DNA of 64,000 nt from the sequence record PP968062.1. One strand, given 5' to 3'. This stretch comes from Pseudomonas phage HPP-Temi. Both the position numbers and the translations under genes were made by a program. Under the pieces are notes generated by a model, which was not told the origin of the DNA, did not search any database, and was given only the letters and a program-made list of their open reading frames with translations. The number at the start of each line of letters is the position of its first letter. The first letter of the stretch is position 1. Positions 1 to 9,446 of the stretch are shown here, piece after piece.

Positions 1-435
1 TTTGATCATGTCGTCCCAAGTTGCATCCAGGAACTGGAACCAACCAGTAGCCGTAGACGTGCCTGCTTTGACGAGATAATCGAATGCCGATTCAATGGAA
101 GCAAATGTAGCCAGCAATCGAGGTTCGACTCCGGTCATTGCTCCTACCGCATTCAGTGTGGGCATTGCAGCAGCCCGAGATTTGTTAGCAGCCGGTTTAG
201 GAATAGCTTCCCATTTAGCAGGAACTTGTGCAGAAGAGCTCAGTTCAGCCAGAGTTGCAGGCCCAACCTTTCCGTCAACACCCAGACCCCGAGAGGTTTG
301 GAAATCACGAACAGCTTTCTCTGTATCTCCACCGAAGATTCCGTCAGTGCTAACTGCGTATCCTGCGACCCGAAGTTTCATTTGTAGATCTTCCACAGCA
401 GAGCCGCGGTCGCCACGTTTGAGTACAGTACCCAT
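1..435 (-). CDS. Endolysin, phiKZ gp144-like (N-terminal peptidoglycan-binding domain + lytic transglycosylase); 3' part runs off the window start
   Basis: Manual minus-strand translation from the ATG at 435..433 gives MGTVLKRGDRGSAVEDLQMKLRVAGYAVSTDGIFGGDTEKAVRDFQTSRGLGVDGKVGPATLAEL...ANKSRAAAMPTLNAVGAMTGVEPRLLATFASIESAFDYLVKAGTSTATGWFQFLDATW. This follows remembered phiKZ gp144 almost motif for motif (ANKSRAAATPVMNAV...LLTFASIESAFDY...ATGWFQFL). The + strand ORF 95..454 is its antisense artifact. Confidence 0.85.
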   Translation of the reverse strand, partial: MGTVLKRGDRGSAVEDLQMKLRVAGYAVSTDGIFGGDTEKAVRDFQTSRGLGVDGKVGPATLAELSSSAQVPAKWEAIPKPAANKSRAAAMPTLNAVGAMTGVEPRLLATFASIESAFDYLVKAGTSTATGWFQFLDATWDDMIK

Positions 436-450
436 GTCTGTCTCCAGTAA

Positions 451-984
451 TTAATGTTCCAATTCTCGAATTACTCCATCTTCCATCAGACGGTAACCAC
501 CATCTTCCAGGAGACGAGCATATTGGTTGCCTTCTACCATTTCGACAGTAATCATAGTCGAACCGTAGTAAGCGTAACTACCAGTCATCGCGACGAGTTC
601 ATATTGGAACACGTCGTCTTTTGTATTGATAACAGTGGTAGAGAAGGATAGATCGTCCGGACCGAAAGTCATCTTACGGGAGCGGTTGATCTCTTCTGCG
701 ATGGCCGCAGGTGTAGCCACCCCAGATAGCTTAATGGACGGATTAGGTCCAAGGCAGTCAGGGTGAGACAGTTCCAGACGACGATAAACGAACCAGTCTT
801 TGAGACTGGCTTTATTATCGATCATCTCGATATAAGTACGTCCCGGAACACCCGAAGTCGGACTGAAGAACATGTCTTCAAAGTTTACGAATTCGTCTTG
901 AATGTTCTTATGCTTAGACGTTTCCCGAATCAGACGGCACAGGGCCGCACGAGACGGGAGGTTATAAGGAAAACGATCGCTCAT
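451..984 (-). CDS. Hypothetical protein (177 aa) between endolysin and membrane protein; no TM segment
   Basis: Long ORF in the ORF-dense minus strand; no recognisable motifs. Confidence 0.5.
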   Translation of the reverse strand: MSDRFPYNLPSRAALCRLIRETSKHKNIQDEFVNFEDMFFSPTSGVPGRTYIEMIDNKASLKDWFVYRRLELSHPDCLGPNPSIKLSGVATPAAIAEEINRSRKMTFGPDDLSFSTTVINTKDDVFQYELVAMTGSYAYYGSTMITVEMVEGNQYARLLEDGGYRLMEDGVIRELEH

Positions 985-1074
985 TGTTAAACCCTCAATT
1001 GTGGTTTACAAAATTTACTTAACCCACATAGCATTATAAAAGCCCCTCCAATTAAGGAGGGGCTAATATTATTG

Positions 1075-1518
1075 TTACTGAGTAGAAATTACCATCTTTA
1101 AGATCTCAATGAGACCAAGACCTAGGGTCTTAAAGATATCAGCAACTTCACTACTCATCGGTCCGTCTGTATTGATAACGCTTACAACAACACCAGTGGA
1201 CAGAATAGCAAGCAAAGCACTTGCAGTCAAAATGGAACTGCGGTAAGTATCACTAGCTCGATGACCAGTGTATTCCTTTTCCAGTAACACGTTCTGTTTG
1301 CTAAGATCAGACAGCGAATAGATCTCTGTCAGAACTTCATCAGCAGTTGTATTACCGTCAACACGTGCACTACCATCGGCATGCAACATACCGTTCAGGT
1401 ACGCTACGATTTGACGATAGTTAGGAGCCTTCGACAAAGGCTTATTGCCCATGTCACTTAGTATTTGTTCTAGAGTCATAGCTTCTCTCCATCTCCGACT
1501 GTTTTGTATCCCAGTCAC
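1075..1518 (-). CDS. Hypothetical membrane protein with C-terminal TM helix (possible holin/antiholin-like lysis component); start uncertain (1518, 1479 or 1452)
   Basis: C-terminal hydrophobic stretch ILTASALLAILSTGVVVSVI...LGLGLIEIL. Sits between the spanins and the endolysin. The internal Met at 1452 lies 1 nt after the o-spanin stop. Confidence 0.5.
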   Translation of the reverse strand: MTGIQNSRRWREAMTLEQILSDMGNKPLSKAPNYRQIVAYLNGMLHADGSARVDGNTTADEVLTEIYSLSDLSKQNVLLEKEYTGHRASDTYRSSILTASALLAILSTGVVVSVINTDGPMSSEVADIFKTLGLGLIEILKMVISTQ

Positions 1519-1870
1519 GGAGCTTCTCGATTTGTAGATTACACGAACCGAGATAATCGGTTTGGAGTAGCCAGTGATCAGTCATCAGTAGGAAGCGTGC
1601 TTCCCAAGGATCCGTGATACCAGCGACCTTATACCGATCTGGAGCTTTGATGAGGTCATCAGCTGATGGCGGAGGAGCTACGTAGCAAAGTTGTTTGAAG
1701 CTACTTGGTACCGCACTGCGCGTCCAGTCGTTTGGCTTTGCAGTAGTGCTCGTGCATCCTGTTAGCAAGGGTGACAAGAGCAACATCATCAGTAACACCG
1801 CTACTAGTTTCAGCGGTGGAGGTGGGATTTGACCGAATTGGTTCTTCCCTAGCTTTTTCCACAGGGACAT
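1454..1870 (-). CDS. Outer-membrane spanin (o-spanin) lipoprotein, overlapping the i-spanin gene in another frame
   Basis: From the internal Met: MSLWKKLGKNQFGQIPPPPLKLVAVLLMMLLLSPLLTGC. Positively charged N-region, hydrophobic core, lipobox L-T-G-C; proline-rich mature part. Starts inside the i-spanin ORF and extends past it (overlapped architecture). Confidence 0.6.
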   Translation of the reverse strand: MSLWKKLGKNQFGQIPPPPLKLVAVLLMMLLLSPLLTGCTSTTAKPNDWTRSAVPSSFKQLCYVAPPPSADDLIKAPDRYKVAGITDPWEARFLLMTDHWLLQTDYLGSCNLQIEKLRDWDTKQSEMERSYDSRTNTK

Positions 1871-2207
1871 CTTTTTCAGTAGGCCACTTGACCCCTGTTT
1901 GTCCGGATAAGTTAATGTACTCATCAATCACTCCTGCTCGTGATTGTTCTAGCTCTCTCAGCTCATCGACTTTTTGAGTGGTATATTGACTTACGGTTTC
2001 GTCAGTGATGGCAGCAGACTTACCTTGCATTTCCACTTTGACTTCTAGTTGACTATTCTTTTCAACTAGAGCGCCATTGTGAACAAGCTCATCAGTATAC
2101 TGGTTATAGAAGAACCACAGTCCAAGCCCACCGGTGATAACTACACCGATAAACACCCAATTAAACCACTTGATGTTTTTTAACCAGTTGAACATATTAC
2201 CTCTCAC
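1701..2207 (-). CDS. Inner-membrane spanin (i-spanin): N-terminal TM + coiled-coil periplasmic domain
   Basis: N-terminal TM WFNWVFIGVVITGGLGLWFFY, then a charged helical region (ELRELEQSRAG...). The o-spanin is embedded/overlapped; adjacent to the lysis genes. Confidence 0.6.
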   Translation of the reverse strand: MRGNMFNWLKNIKWFNWVFIGVVITGGLGLWFFYNQYTDELVHNGALVEKNSQLEVKVEMQGKSAAITDETVSQYTTQKVDELRELEQSRAGVIDEYINLSGQTGVKWPTEKDVPVEKAREEPIRSNPTSTAETSSGVTDDVALVTLANRMHEHYCKAKRLDAQCGTK

Positions 2208-2774
2208 CTAGAACAACTGTGTAAGGAAGTAGTATCCGATTGCTACGGCATCGATGGAGTGTTCGTCCAGTTGATTATGATCAACCTCACCCCATACAAC
2301 ATCAGTTCTACTTACTAGTGCACGTCGTACGTCTTCTTTATCCGTACCCTTAATCTTCTTCATACCCACATTAGTCTTAACCGTTGTAGGGTCTACCATG
2401 TAAAGCGGTATAAAGGGATCGTACTCAAAAAGAGCACTTCGTATCACAGCAACACATTCCACGAGGGCAGCAAAGCTTGTAGCGAATCTACCTAAGTAGT
2501 TAGATTCTACTATAACTGCGTGTGGACGATGTGTCCTTAAGAAGTCTAGTATCAAATCTCGCATGATCATCAAGCGGACAACTCGACTACCATGCAATTC
2601 CCCAAACGTTGTATAGTCAGGGTGCGTATCTCTAAGAACGGAAGTGTAAGCTGTTTTAACATTCACGCCGACATTCTTAAAGTCGTGTTCCAGCAGAGCC
2701 TGACCCAAGTTGGAAGAACCTGGGTCAAACGATGCTACACGAAATGGTTCATCGCTCTTAGGCACCTGCAACAT
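2208..2774 (-). CDS. RuvC-like Holliday junction resolvase
   Basis: RNase H-fold resolvase motifs: SFDPGSSNLG (first catalytic Asp region), VIVESNY (Glu), DEHSIDAVAIGYYF (C-terminal Asp/His). Length 188 aa. Confidence 0.65.
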   Translation of the reverse strand: MLQVPKSDEPFRVASFDPGSSNLGQALLEHDFKNVGVNVKTAYTSVLRDTHPDYTTFGELHGSRVVRLMIMRDLILDFLRTHRPHAVIVESNYLGRFATSFAALVECVAVIRSALFEYDPFIPLYMVDPTTVKTNVGMKKIKGTDKEDVRRALVSRTDVVWGEVDHNQLDEHSIDAVAIGYYFLTQLF

Positions 2775-2784
2775 AACTAAGTCC

Positions 2785-3681
2785 TTATACGAACTTAGCT
2801 ACGTTTACAGCCTTGTCACCAAGAGTCGGTTCAACGCCGCCGATATCGAAAGTCAGGTTCAGACCGTTCGAGTTATAACCAATCGGGTGGTTAGTAGCGA
2901 TGTGTACGTTTACTTGGCAAGCGATTACTTCGAGATACTGGAACGAACCGCCTGAACCAGCAGGTGCATCAACCTTACGGTCTACACCAGAGCACAGACC
3001 AATTTCCGAGATGATCGGAGAACGAGTCGATGCAGTACGGATACGGTGAGCGTTAGTGATCTCGATGATATCTTCAGCAGACAAGCTTACCTTAACGATA
3101 GCCGATGCAGAGATGTTCTTGTTCGAGCCAATAACAGTGCCGTTGTTCGAGATTGCTGGAGGAACAGGGTTGAGGTCATCAACTGTCGGAGTGTACGGCT
3201 TCGGTGTAGGGATACCGTTGATTACTTCGATTTCCAGAAGCTGAGGTTGCACACCAGTAACGTTGATTCGTAAACCGTAGTAAGCGATGTAGTTCTTACC
3301 ATTATGGGATTCAGGAACCCGCAGGCAGAAACGATCACGCTGGGCCGCTGGAAGATCGTCATTGACTTCACGGAGTACGAAAGGGATGTGGTTATACAGT
3401 GCAGCATGGTTGGAGCGGTGAATACGGTTCTCTACTTCGTCAGAGCCGTCAGCAGCTTTAACAGTGTAGTGACCCATGTTACCGATTACCATGTAGCGGA
3501 CGTTCGGGATTTCACCAGCAGCTGGGGTAATACCATTCTGTACGCCGAACTTCTCGTTAAGAGTAGTGTGAGCGATTACACGGAACGGAGATAGACCGAG
3601 ATACTTGGTGGTTTGCAGATACGATGCATAGCACGTACGTACTACGTTGATAATCTGCTGATCGATAGGGTTGCTAGCCAT
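2785..3681 (-). CDS. Hypothetical protein (298 aa)
   Basis: Long ORF with coding-like composition; function not recognisable. Confidence 0.5.
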   Translation of the reverse strand: MASNPIDQQIINVVRTCYASYLQTTKYLGLSPFRVIAHTTLNEKFGVQNGITPAAGEIPNVRYMVIGNMGHYTVKAADGSDEVENRIHRSNHAALYNHIPFVLREVNDDLPAAQRDRFCLRVPESHNGKNYIAYYGLRINVTGVQPQLLEIEVINGIPTPKPYTPTVDDLNPVPPAISNNGTVIGSNKNISASAIVKVSLSAEDIIEITNAHRIRTASTRSPIISEIGLCSGVDRKVDAPAGSGGSFQYLEVIACQVNVHIATNHPIGYNSNGLNLTFDIGGVEPTLGDKAVNVAKFV

Positions 3682-3764
3682 TCTTTTAATCCTTGACTTA
3701 GAAAGTTCATTGTACCATTGTGTAAGAATTTTTAGCTTGCCTCCCTTTGGGGAGGCTTATGCCG

Positions 3765-4253
3765 TTAGGTGTACTGTTGGAAGTCACCACGTATCATTAC
3801 ACATGCCCACAACTGACCATGGTCGGACTTGGGAATAGCGTGAACGGTACTCAAGTTGAAAGCGATCTGCTCGCCTTTACGAAGTTCAACAAGACGACCG
3901 TTAAGTTGGATAGATTGGCGGTCAGTCAATGCAGTAGCAATGATAGTACCCGAACCAGGTTTATCTACCCAGGTAGTCATCTGATCGAGGAATCCACGTC
4001 CAGCAGGAATATCAAGGAACCAACCCTGAACTGCTTTCTTTTGGATATCTTCGTGGAAACCAATACGGAAGGTTTCACGTTGAGCTGCGGTCCAATCAAA
4101 CCACTTTGCATAATTGTAGATGCTCAGTGCTTTGGTCTTGTTCTTACCGATACGACAACGCGAACCATAGGAATCTTTGTACTTAACCTGACGGGAAAGC
4201 TTTACCAGAGTTTCCACTTCCTCATCGGTAAGGGGTTCGAAATGTTTATACAT
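3765..4253 (-). CDS. Hypothetical protein with HxD...H motif (possible 2OG-Fe(II) oxygenase/cupin-like)
   Basis: GFHEDIQKK ... STVHAIPKS ... MIRGD pattern; weak family assignment. Confidence 0.4.
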   Translation of the reverse strand: MYKHFEPLTDEEVETLVKLSRQVKYKDSYGSRCRIGKNKTKALSIYNYAKWFDWTAAQRETFRIGFHEDIQKKAVQGWFLDIPAGRGFLDQMTTWVDKPGSGTIIATALTDRQSIQLNGRLVELRKGEQIAFNLSTVHAIPKSDHGQLWACVMIRGDFQQYT

Positions 4254-4260
4254 GTCTGTC

Positions 4261-4818
4261 CTACTCGTAGAGATAGATGAGAACGAAACGAAGATGTTTC
4301 ACAGGAGGTACAGAATGCGGTGGAGTTTTGGCAGGGAAGATTACAGCTCTTCCGGGAACGTCTGGGATGAACTCACCATCTAGGTCAAGTCCATCTCCAT
4401 TATCGCACAAAGCAATGACCATATTAAATCGGTACATTGCAATGTCGATATGCTCCGGCATACCAAAACCAACCTCGTACATATTAACACATGCTTCTTT
4501 GGGTTTTATTCCATCGATGGTAGGTGCAATTTCAAACAGATAATCACTAAGCTCTTTTGGCATCTGTCCATTACCAAGGAACCAGTAGTTTGCTTCCACT
4601 GTACCCTTGGTAGGGATACTATTTATCTTCTTGCGATTGTACCATCTTGCACGAGGTAGCGCTTTTAAGTACTCCACCAGTCTTTCACTAACTGGTTGCG
4701 AAAACACGACCGCCTTCGATGTTTCTTGGGCCAATGAGTTCATGGAGACCGCCTTCGAAGGTAGCAGCTCGATCTTCGGCTTCTTGCTCATTGGTAATGT
4801 ATTCGTAGTTGGGATCAT
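4261..4818 (-). CDS. Hypothetical protein, possible 2OG-Fe(II) oxygenase-like (HxD...H); true start probably an internal Met (4791 or 4743) because of a 130-nt overlap with the upstream gene
   Basis: MPEHIDIAMYRF ... PPHSVPPV ... RAVIF motifs. Overlaps ORF 4688..5284 in a different frame. Confidence 0.4.
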   Translation of the reverse strand: MIPTTNTLPMSKKPKIELLPSKAVSMNSLAQETSKAVVFSQPVSERLVEYLKALPRARWYNRKKINSIPTKGTVEANYWFLGNGQMPKELSDYLFEIAPTIDGIKPKEACVNMYEVGFGMPEHIDIAMYRFNMVIALCDNGDGLDLDGEFIPDVPGRAVIFPAKTPPHSVPPVKHLRFVLIYLYE

Positions 4819-5284
4819 TCTGATAGAACTCTTTGTGATTTCGACTAGTATCTTTACAGAGTTTGATATAGTCTAGCATCTCACTAAGTTCAGTAAGTTC
4901 AAGACCGGTCTTCTCTGCAAGAGCCACGATTGCACGCCCAAGCACGTTTACTTGTTCTACGACAGGATAACGTTGAGTGATCTTGTAAGCCATCTGGTTG
5001 TCCAGCTGTGCTTCATAGATCAGACGAGGACCTTCGTTCTCTCCAAGAATAGAGTAGTTCTTTTCCCAGGTTCCATCGTCATTGATGGTGAGGTCACCGA
5101 CAACTCGGTCACCATTAAACAGATCCATGTTGTCTTCAACATAGATCACGTTTGGGTTATCTGGATCGCATTGATCGATAGTCATCGAAGTAGCAACGAT
5201 GAACTTACCATTCAGACGGTTAAAACAAAGGACAACAGGTTTACGACCCTTTTCAGGTTCTGGTACATTATGAAAATCGAACAT
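4688..5284 (-). CDS. Hypothetical protein (198 aa)
   Basis: ORF directly downstream of the tail-fibre array on the same strand. Confidence 0.5.
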   Translation of the reverse strand: MFDFHNVPEPEKGRKPVVLCFNRLNGKFIVATSMTIDQCDPDNPNVIYVEDNMDLFNGDRVVGDLTINDDGTWEKNYSILGENEGPRLIYEAQLDNQMAYKITQRYPVVEQVNVLGRAIVALAEKTGLELTELSEMLDYIKLCKDTSRNHKEFYQNDPNYEYITNEQEAEDRAATFEGGLHELIGPRNIEGGRVFATS

Positions 5285-5296
5285 GTGTAATTTCCT

Positions 5297-6661
5297 TTAG
5301 ACGATTCGAGTGAGACTACTACCGTTACGGCGCATTACAACCATTGTTGGCATTTTGCGACCATTGTTGAAGTCCAGCAAGTATTGAGCAAATCCATAAC
5401 CACCATCAGCAATCTGCGAGATATTTGCCTGGAGAGCACTGATAGCAGCTTGAGCGCTAGCATAACGTCCACCAGCATAATAGTGCCCACGTGCATTGGC
5501 ATTATAAGTCGCAAATAGATCACGGAAGTGAACGATTTGTCCATTACCCATAATGCAGTAGTCAGACGGGATATTTGGACGACCTTGAGGATCAGTTCCA
5601 GTAGGAGGCCATGGAGTTGGGAACGACGTAACGAATTGTTTTAACTCAAAACGAGTGATGTTCCAAATGTTACTAGCGTCAAGGTCAACTCGCGCTGGGA
5701 AATACAATTGTTCCCAACCTACACCAGCTAACAGTTTAGACGTAAATGCACGCTGTGTACGGTGAAGCCGTTGTGCATAGACTGCATCAATCTCGGCTTT
5801 GCTGTACAGGTTCATGATTGCCAGTGTTAACCCATGTGGGTTATTTTGATTACGGATGTGGTCTGTAAGCTTTGGAATCAAAATGGATTGGATTAGATTA
5901 AAGATACCTCCAATTGGCATATACACATTGGTAAGAGTAGTATCTGTTGACTGGGCTTTTGTGGCCATTGGCCAGTTATTAATTAGACCCAACTTAATCT
6001 TTGTCTTATCCGAAGAGTGCGGGTTATTTTCATCGGTTATGTGAGCATTCACCCGATTGATATAGTTTTGCACTTCGTCTTTCGCAAGCTGAACGTAATA
6101 TTTGTAATAGTCCGTACCAGAAGCGAGAATCGCAGTTCGCCCGGCTGCCCATGCATCACCTAAACGGTTAATATTGACAACTGTGGACTCAAGACCATAC
6201 AACTGCCAATACTCATGCATGTGTTCAGATGGAGTATATGCAGTCGGCTTACCGATGATTTCTTCCCAAGTAAACTTAAGATTAGTCTCATCTATTTTCT
6301 CCATCAGTGCTTTGAGTTCTTTTACAGAAACACTGAAGAATCCACCAACTGCATGGTATTCCACTCGAACGACTGGAGTGACAGAAGCATTGGTGATAAC
6401 CACAAGGCCCATCACATTCTGCCCAGTCATTTCAGAAAGCTTTTCGTAGTGATAGGTTAAAACATAGTCCTTACCACGTACGAGTGCTTTACCAGTAGAG
6501 TCCCTTAGTACAAAGCCATTCGTATAGAAACCACCATGGGTACAAACGAACACACGATGCTTCTTACCAGGAACTTGAATTAGAGTGTGTTCCTCACCTT
6601 TAATCCAGTTATCTGGATCTTCACCAGTAAGGTCAAGCTCAAGAAAAGTAATATCGTTCAT
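5297..6661 (-). CDS. Tail fibre-like protein, paralog 1 (shared N-terminal anchor domain + NPH fibre repeats)
   Basis: N-terminal domain shared with ORFs 6662-8068, 8079-9446 and 9864-12152 (L.LD.TG.DP.N..GE.HTL....G.......HGGFY...L.V.D.....L..GKDY.....MVGG). Repeats AHITDENNPHSSDKTKIKLGLINNWPMATKAQ and HIRNQNNPHGLTLA. Confidence 0.6.
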   Translation of the reverse strand: MNDITFLELDLTGEDPDNWIKGEEHTLIQVPGKKHRVFVCTHGGFYTNGFVLRDSTGKALVRGKDYVLTYHYEKLSEMTGQNVMGLVVITNASVTPVVRVEYHAVGGFFSVSVKELKALMEKIDETNLKFTWEEIIGKPTAYTPSEHMHEYWQLYGLESTVVNINRLGDAWAAGRTAILASGTDYYKYYVQLAKDEVQNYINRVNAHITDENNPHSSDKTKIKLGLINNWPMATKAQSTDTTLTNVYMPIGGIFNLIQSILIPKLTDHIRNQNNPHGLTLAIMNLYSKAEIDAVYAQRLHRTQRAFTSKLLAGVGWEQLYFPARVDLDASNIWNITRFELKQFVTSFPTPWPPTGTDPQGRPNIPSDYCIMGNGQIVHFRDLFATYNANARGHYYAGGRYASAQAAISALQANISQIADGGYGFAQYLLDFNNGRKMPTMVVMRRNGSSLTRIV

Positions 6662-8068
6662 TTATACCTTCCAGGAATTTAGCAATGTATCAAACACAGC
6701 GAAACCAACGGAGTTAATATACGTTGTGATTGCACCGTTACCAGTACCGATACCCCAGCCACCAAGATAACGGAAGATGGCCGTTGTACCAGCAGGGTGG
6801 TTCCTACCTAGCACGTTGTTCAACTGAGCTTCAGCGTTTGCACCATTAGGATCGAACGATCCAGCAGCGTAAATAACACTCTTTGGTTTATCGATCCAGG
6901 CTTCTTGAATATCGACCCAATGAAGCCAACTGGCGGCGTCAGCTGATGCAGGAACAAGGAATGCGTAGTTACTGGCCGGTGGGATTACCCCACTTGCAAA
7001 CGTTTGTGGTGGTAACAGACCTGTCTTTATCTGTCCAAGGATTTCGTTTGTGCGAGTGTACTCATAAAGCTCTTGGAATGTCATTCCATTGTTAGTCGTA
7101 TTGTTATTGGCATCTTTAACACCACCAATACGATCAGTACTGTTAACAGTTTCACCACGGTTGTAATAGTTCCCAGCTACTTGCTGGTGTTCTTGAACTG
7201 TATACGTACCGAGTTTGGCGGCTGTCTCTTTGTGAGGGTTATTACGGTCCTCAATGTGCGCTTGTAGAATCGGTATGAAATTCTTATCGATACTTTGTTT
7301 AGCGCGTAATGGCGTAGCATAACGATCAAGGATATCCCCATTGGCTGCTTCAGCTTGATCTTTAGTAGCAATAGCAGCATTCTTCACTTTTTCAAGCTGT
7401 ACTTTTGCAGCTGTGAGTTTGTGAGGGTTATTACGATCGTTAATGTGGGTAGTAAGACGTTGTTCGATGGAGGTAAGCTCATCTCCAACTAAAGCCAGTT
7501 CAGCTTTATATTGATCAAACAGAGCGTCCATATCTTTCTTTACGAACTTCTCACCAGCGGCGGTGATTCGCTTAAGTAGTAATACTTGAGGCGTAAACCC
7601 ATATAGTTCCCACAATGCGTGTAGGTGGCCGTTAGGTTTATAATCATCCGGTTTACCAGTGATGTTGTTCCAATGGATTTTCCGAGTATTGTTGATCAAC
7701 CCAAGTGCTTGGTTAGCGATCGCTTTACCAAGGTTACAGTAAACACCACCGACCATTTGGGCATCAACCCTGATCTCATGGTGAACCCGAGGGTTCTTAA
7801 TGACAATAACTGCAAAAGCTGGAAGACCAGTCTTCTTAGTAATCTCTGGATGCATCTGAGTGCATTGAAAATCGTCCTTCTCTTTTAACACATAGCCACG
7901 ACCATCGATCATGTGCAAGTTGTTATTATAGAAGTACCCTTTATCCAGAACAATCACCCGATATGGCAGACCAGCTTGATCTGCCAAGTTGTGGTATTCT
8001 CCACGCGTGCGGTTATTGAAACAAGTGCCCGTCCCATCATAGGGAAGAGCGTGAAGTAATGGGTTCAT
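6662..8068 (-). CDS. Tail fibre-like protein, paralog 2
   Basis: Same N-terminal domain; repeats THINDRNNPHKLTAAKVQLEKVKNAAIATKDQAEA and AHIEDRNNPHKETAAKLGTYT. Abuts paralog 1 with no gap. Confidence 0.6.
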   Translation of the reverse strand: MNPLLHALPYDGTGTCFNNRTRGEYHNLADQAGLPYRVIVLDKGYFYNNNLHMIDGRGYVLKEKDDFQCTQMHPEITKKTGLPAFAVIVIKNPRVHHEIRVDAQMVGGVYCNLGKAIANQALGLINNTRKIHWNNITGKPDDYKPNGHLHALWELYGFTPQVLLLKRITAAGEKFVKKDMDALFDQYKAELALVGDELTSIEQRLTTHINDRNNPHKLTAAKVQLEKVKNAAIATKDQAEAANGDILDRYATPLRAKQSIDKNFIPILQAHIEDRNNPHKETAAKLGTYTVQEHQQVAGNYYNRGETVNSTDRIGGVKDANNNTTNNGMTFQELYEYTRTNEILGQIKTGLLPPQTFASGVIPPASNYAFLVPASADAASWLHWVDIQEAWIDKPKSVIYAAGSFDPNGANAEAQLNNVLGRNHPAGTTAIFRYLGGWGIGTGNGAITTYINSVGFAVFDTLLNSWKV

Positions 8069-8078
8069 GTTGATTCCT

Positions 8079-9446
8079 TTAGATTGGTACCCAACCTTGA
8101 CCTGGGATATTCATAGAAGCGTAAAGAATGTCGTATACACCGTTCCACGCACCGTTACCAGCACCCCAAGCTTTAGTTTCGCGAATATAGTAGAAAACAA
8201 TACTATTCAAACGCATGTTAGAGAATGGGGGTGTAGTAGCAACCATTGCGTTTGCTTGTGCTTGAGTGATATTGACGTTGAAAGATGCAAATGCAACATC
8301 ACCACTACCGCCTTGAGGTAGAAGCGACAATAGAGCGTCAATATTAGTCCAGTTCCGATTGTTATCGAGAACAGCACGATTATTCAGAATACCACGACCG
8401 AGTCGACCAAGAGGAAGTTTACCTTGATCGTAGTTAGTGAAAGCATTCGCCGGGATGTCTTTACGATACAACTGTAGAATCTGGCTGTATGTCATATCCT
8501 GATTTAACCAGAATCCAAGGTTAGAGTTTTCAACAACCTCATTCCGTAGATATTTGGTATTAGCTAGAGCATTCACTTCTTGCTTGCTATGGGTATTCAA
8601 TTGCGCATTGGTAACACCATGCACATTACCTCGGGCGTCAATGTGTGCTTGTAACGGATCACCACCAAGTTTACTTACTTCAGCAGCTGAAAGCTGTGGG
8701 GTAAGATAAAGCTCGTTAGATAAACCAGCGATAGCCTCAGCAAGACTTGCCACGCGGTAGTTTTCTACAAGTCCTAGACCTACATGTTCTTTTGTATCGA
8801 CGTGCGGGTTTGCTTTATCTTGGATGTGTAAATCGAGTCGATTATTAAAGCGTTGTAAGAAACGATCATATTCGGCTTTTACATCTACTCGAAACTCAGC
8901 TTCTGCGTTACCAAGCTGACCAGTAATCGCACGAGAGATATTCTCAATCTCGTTGTTAAATGGTTGATAAGTATCTAGACGCCAACGCAGTGCAGCGAGT
9001 TCACCGGGACCATAAACTGGTTCAGTACCATTGTAGTCCAGCCACTTAGGAACATAGTCCGATGGTTTGGTTTTCCAGAAGTTAACGTAGTCTTGAATAA
9101 CGGTGAAACTGAATGCTACATCCCCGCCGACCATTTGGGCCGACAGATAGATCTTACCAGTGCGGGTCCGGTCTAAGAAGACGATACCACTAGCAATTTC
9201 CAGACCAAAGAACTCACTCGCCTGCTTATGGAAATAAGTGACGATGTAGTCTTTATTAGGGATGAGCTGAATATATTTCGAATCGAATACCTTGAGACTC
9301 TTTACATAGAAGCCACCATGGTACATCGTAACCATCTTGAACGGGAACCCCGAGATCGGAGTCAACGTTACATCTTCGCTACCTACCAGGTTATTCGGAT
9401 CACGTCCGGTCTTATCTAACGGTAGTTGTACGATTACATCGGACAT
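8079..9446 (-). CDS. Tail fibre-like protein, paralog 3
   Basis: Same N-terminal domain; repeats LHIQDKANPHVDTKEHVGLGLVENYRVASLAEAIAG and AHIDARGNVHGVTNAQLNTHSKQEV. Confidence 0.6.
   Translation of the reverse strand: MSDVIVQLPLDKTGRDPNNLVGSEDVTLTPISGFPFKMVTMYHGGFYVKSLKVFDSKYIQLIPNKDYIVTYFHKQASEFFGLEIASGIVFLDRTRTGKIYLSAQMVGGDVAFSFTVIQDYVNFWKTKPSDYVPKWLDYNGTEPVYGPGELAALRWRLDTYQPFNNEIENISRAITGQLGNAEAEFRVDVKAEYDRFLQRFNNRLDLHIQDKANPHVDTKEHVGLGLVENYRVASLAEAIAGLSNELYLTPQLSAAEVSKLGGDPLQAHIDARGNVHGVTNAQLNTHSKQEVNALANTKYLRNEVVENSNLGFWLNQDMTYSQILQLYRKDIPANAFTNYDQGKLPLGRLGRGILNNRAVLDNNRNWTNIDALLSLLPQGGSGDVAFASFNVNITQAQANAMVATTPPFSNMRLNSIVFYYIRETKAWGAGNGAWNGVYDILYASMNIPGQGWVPI

Noticed and set aside
95-454. 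Plus-strand 119-aa ORF (Ala/Ser/Pro-rich)
   Set aside because: Antisense shadow of the minus-strand endolysin gene, whose translation gives a high-confidence gp144-like protein. The composition is typical of a reverse-frame artifact.
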